In this document: positions 38,701 through 41,991 of the stretch, one piece after another
Layout of the letters: each line of letters begins with the position of its first letter
How positions within the stretch are numbered: the first letter of the stretch is position 1
The notes under the pieces: model-generated
Seen by the model: only the letters and a program-made list of their open reading frames with translations
Database searches by the model: none
What the model was told of the DNA's origin: nothing
Translations under genes and position numbers: made by a program
Assembly (NCBI GenBank): GCA_032718475.1
Contig: JAUCBJ010004132.1
Span: 1-41,991 of the forward strand
Direction of reading: 5' to 3'
From: Nemertoderma westbladi
Lineage: Eukaryota; Animalia; Xenacoelomorpha
Length of the DNA stretch: 41,991 bases

Positions 38701-39208
38701 CTTGTAGAGATTCCAGGTGAGTGAAACAATTGCGTGAAACAATCCCACACAGTGAAGGGCCAAGGTCGTCGTCATCTTGTAGAGATTCCAGGTTAGTGAA
38801 ACAATCCCACACAGTGAAGGGCCAAGGTCGTCGTCATCTTGTAGTGATTCCAGGTTAGTGAAACAATCCCACACAGTGAAGGGCCAAGGTCGTCGTCATC
38901 TTGTAGTGATTCCAGGTTAGTGAAACAATCCCACACAGTGAAGGGCCAAGGTCGTCGTCATCTTGTAGTGATTCCAGGTTAGTGAAACAATCCCACACAG
39001 TGAAGGGCCAAGGTCGTCGTCATCTTGTAGAGATTCCAGGTGAGTGAAACAATTGAGTGAAACAATCCCACACAGTGAAGGGCCAAGGTCGTCGTCATCT
39101 TGTAGAGATTCCAGGTGAGTGAAACAATTGAGTGAAACAATCCCACACAGTGAAGGGCCAAGGTCGTCGTCATCTTGTAGAGATTCCAGGTTAGTGAAAC
39201 AATCCCAC
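11786..39208. repeat. 62/75-bp satellite, main segment (~27.4 kb, roughly 410 monomers by length estimate) with higher-order structure
   Basis: Same monomer. 75-bp units carry an extra TGAAACAATTGAG; rare 88-bp and 32-bp units occur. The array ends abruptly at ...GAAACAATCCCAC (39208). Confidence 0.99.
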
Positions 39209-39230
39209 CACTTACCAACTATACGCCCTC

Positions 39231-39261
39231 CTCGAATAAAATGCCAGGGCGTTTATTCGAG
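39231..39261. repeat. Short inverted repeat (10-bp perfect arms)
   Basis: CTCGAATAAA-N11-TTTATTCGAG. Confidence 0.8.
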
Positions 39262-40015
39262 TCCTACTAACTGTTGAGTCTTAGGACTGTACTGGACTAC
39301 ATAATAATCACCGTGAAAGAAAATTGTCCAACATAGTAAAAGTTTGATTGACTATTGCCCGAAAATTGCAAATTTTATATAGAATGATAAAAATAGCAAT
39401 ATTTGGAAATTTTCCATATTTTAAAATATTAATATTAAAATATATATATTATTGTTATTATTATTATTAATATATTAAAATTTTAAAATATTAATAAATG
39501 TCAGTATAAATTTATAAATCTGAATGTTAAATTAAAATAAAAGAAGCTCACTAACTTTTTATATTTATTCTACTTCTAATGTTTTTGCTATTCGAATATG
39601 GAAAATACTGAAATATTATAATAATATTGATTAAATAAAAAAAATTAAATAATATTACTTACTATATTCCTTGTCCTTGAATATAGTGCCGTTATTCAGA
39701 TAGTCCCCCCCCCCCCCCCCCACCCCTAAATATTTATACTAAATCGTAATGAGATTGCATGAAATTTGAAACAGAGATAGTTTCACCTCCCTCCTCCTTG
39801 CTGGGTGAGCCAGAATTTTTATTTTCGCTTTCATTTTTTAGCTACAAGCGTTTAAAAAAAGTGTCTCCGTCGATATTGCACCAGTTAGACCGCAGTTATT
39901 TTTCAAACATTTAGTGATTTGTTCGTTCTGTTTAAAATCTGGCCGTGCAAGGATTCTTAATATGTTACACAATCTGAATTCCGTAGAGGAATAGCTGAGA
40001 AATGAAACGGGCGTT

Positions 40016-40045
40016 GCTACTTATGAGATAAATCTCATAAGTAGC
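40016..40045. repeat. 30-bp palindrome (14-bp perfect arms, 2-nt spacer)
   Basis: GCTACTTATGAGAT-AA-ATCTCATAAGTAGC. Confidence 0.9.
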
Positions 40046-40092
40046 TGATCGATCCACAATGCAATACGTATATAACTATAATAATACTAATA

Positions 40093-41079
40093 GTGAGTCA
40101 ATCTAGCAAAAAACCCATAAGTATTTCGCAATCAATCCGAACCACACATTTTGGATTCTATATTACCTTATTAATGACCAAAAAAAGTCTATAAAATTTT
40201 ATTTTGCGGATCATATGTTTATTCATGGAAATTCTGCGTAAATTTGCATAACACAAGTCAAACAAAAGGAACAGTAGGGAAAAGTAAGTAGCAAATTGGT
40301 GATGTTCCAGAATAATATAATTAATTTCACAATAAGCTGTGATTCAATGGGAAATTAGTAATATTTACACTGGAGTGTTACACATTAATTGCTATATCTC
40401 GGAAACTAGAAGTCGCATCAAATTTTTAAATATATCAAAAACTTCACGTTATATTAAGGTAACTGTTGTAAAAAAATCATACATTTCCACTGCAAGGAAA
40501 TTTCATAATTTCCATTAATGTTAGTGAAGATTTATCACATAATTAAATTGTGATTGCTCTATTGATTTTAGGTGTAATTTATTTATTTGTTTTAGTTTGA
40601 AAACCACAATAGTTTATCATATAACAAATACATTTTATGGGGATAAGGGTTTTTGAGGTCGATAAATCCGATGGGCGAGGATACATCCACCCGTTTAGTA
40701 GAGAAGTTGTGTAAATAAGGTCCTTATATTGTACCAGCAAAATTGGTATTAAAAATGGTTAAATTATTAGACAAATTTCCGTTGCTCTGGAAACTAAATT
40801 GGTAACTATATAGAAGTGCATACTTCTGTCAATCGATAGTCATTAGAGTAAAGTTTGTCTGTACCAAATTTGGAGAAAATCCCACCAATAGACCCCTTGT
40901 TGCTATGTAAAATCCATGTTGCTAAGGAAAGAAACAGGAAATTGAAGGTGATCCGCATAATATATTTTTATAGACTTTTTTGGGGGTATTAACAAGGAAA
41001 TGCAGAATAAAAAAATTTGGTTTGGATGAATTGCGAATTTGTTATGGGTTGACCCCCCTTTTCGGATAGATTGACTCGC
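40093..41079. mobile_element. MITE/foldback-like element with ~120-bp diverged inverted arms
   Basis: 40093-40213 (GAGTCAATCT...AACCCATAA...AAAAAAGTCTATAAAA...GCGGATCA) is the approximate reverse complement of 40949-41079. The interior is AT-rich and non-coding. True ends and TSD were not resolved. Confidence 0.6.
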
Positions 41080-41514
41080 ATATAACACGTGACTTTTCAT
41101 ACATAAACAAAATGTTCCAGAATGTGTAAAAATAATCCCAAAGCCGGATATTTTAAAAATATCCCTACTTTTTCCTGAACCAGCTATACCTACTGGAACT
41201 GGAGGGAGCGTATCGCATCAATAACGAATTGTATTGTATTCCATTGTATTGGCTTAAGTTTAAATTTAATTTATTTTGGTAATTTTTGAAAATTTACATT
41301 AATTGTGAATTTTGTCAACAAGCGTTGTAATGGAAATCAGGTCAAAAATTGAAGTCCAGCAGGAGTCGGATTTTTTCTTAAAATCCGCACGGAATTCCGA
41401 TCCGGCCGGATATCCGTCACACCCATATTAATTATTTATAAAATTGCCATATTCCCTATTTCAATAATATGAACGTAACCGATTGCCATTTTATATTTTG
41501 TTTATTCTCTGCAG

Positions 41515-41521
41515 CGATTAA
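41515..41521 (+). CDS. Putative terminal coding exon start (AG|C GAT TAA = Ser-Asp-stop) followed by AT-rich 3' UTR
   Basis: Strong acceptor TTTTATATTTTGTTTATTCTCTGCAG ends at 41514. Joining to 9643 gives ...SCSDSSD*. The coding part is very short, so support comes mostly from the splice signal. Confidence 0.45.
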
Positions 41522-41637
41522 CTGTTATGGTGTTTATATTGATCGAATAGATAACGGATTTTATTCATCATTAATATTCAATTCAGGACCACAACATTGC
41601 GATAATTAATAGTGAATGGTTTGACTTTCAGGAGTTA

Positions 41638-41643
41638 AATAAA
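41638..41643 (+). promoter_or_regulatory. Candidate polyadenylation signal AATAAA
   Basis: First AATAAA seen after the putative stop codon; such hexamers are common by chance in AT-rich DNA. Confidence 0.25.
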
Positions 41644-41991
41644 GACTTCTCATTCGGTGTACAAAGTTCAACATAACATAATATCATGGTTTCCCTTCAG
41701 AATTATATAATACCGGTATTCAAATTTCTAATAATGTTAATTAAAAACATGGTTAGCAAGTTAGATACTTCGATAATTCAATTCCCCTACAAATGTAGAT
41801 AAAACTTTCTTCTGGGTGCAAAAGTTCAAACAAAATATGGGTTTTGCTAGAAGAAACACCAACACAACTTCAGTATTTAATTAATCAAACATTTAAAATT
41901 TAGTGCCATGAAATTGTTCGAATATGTATAACAAATGTGTATTATATACCATAACCCTTAATACAACAACCATTTTTAGGGGGTCGGAGCC

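Noticed and set aside
9587-39208. CRISPR-like array
   Set aside because: Monomers are contiguous with no unique spacers, there are no cas genes, and the context is eukaryotic.
9707-39218. Dozens of minus-strand ORFs (LESLQDDDDLGPSLCGIVS / MTTTLALHCVGLFH) and plus-strand equivalents
   Set aside because: They are translations of the satellite. The 62-bp unit shifts frame each copy, and longer ORFs simply track runs of 75-bp units.
39209-39218. Minus-strand donor-like GGTAAGTG at the array's right edge
   Set aside because: No plausible minus-strand exon or acceptor was found upstream of it; probably chance.
41221-41425. (ATTGT)n-like stretch and CCGGATATCCG motifs suggesting small TE remnants (similarly ATCTCA repeats near 5059-5072)
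   Set aside because: Too short and degenerate to define boundaries or family without a library search.

Overview
Eukaryotic (animal-like, intron-rich) DNA dominated by repeats. No prokaryotic features, RNA genes or CRISPR are supported. Left end: the 5' part of a probable LTR retrotransposon on the minus strand (putative LTR 3477-3892, long decayed gag-like frame running off the window edge) abutting a decayed RTE-clade LINE fragment (3893-4823). Three phase-compatible exons of an unidentified plus-strand host gene can be read from splice signals (6406-6565, 9539-9643, terminal exon from 41515) and splice into one open Ser/Pro-rich C-terminus ending ...SSSSCSDSSD*. Around them lie a 21-bp array, a non-autonomous DNA-transposon-like element and a 31-bp array. 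The main feature is a ~28-kb 62/75-bp satellite (9587-39208). Its monomer is the 3' half of the second exon plus its 5' splice site, so the inferred last intron carries roughly 400+ copies of CAG|GT(G/T)AGT. A second, younger 5'-truncated RTE LINE with an intact RT frame is inserted in this array, which shows clear variant domains and higher-order structure. The gene model and element classes are inferred from sequence only.
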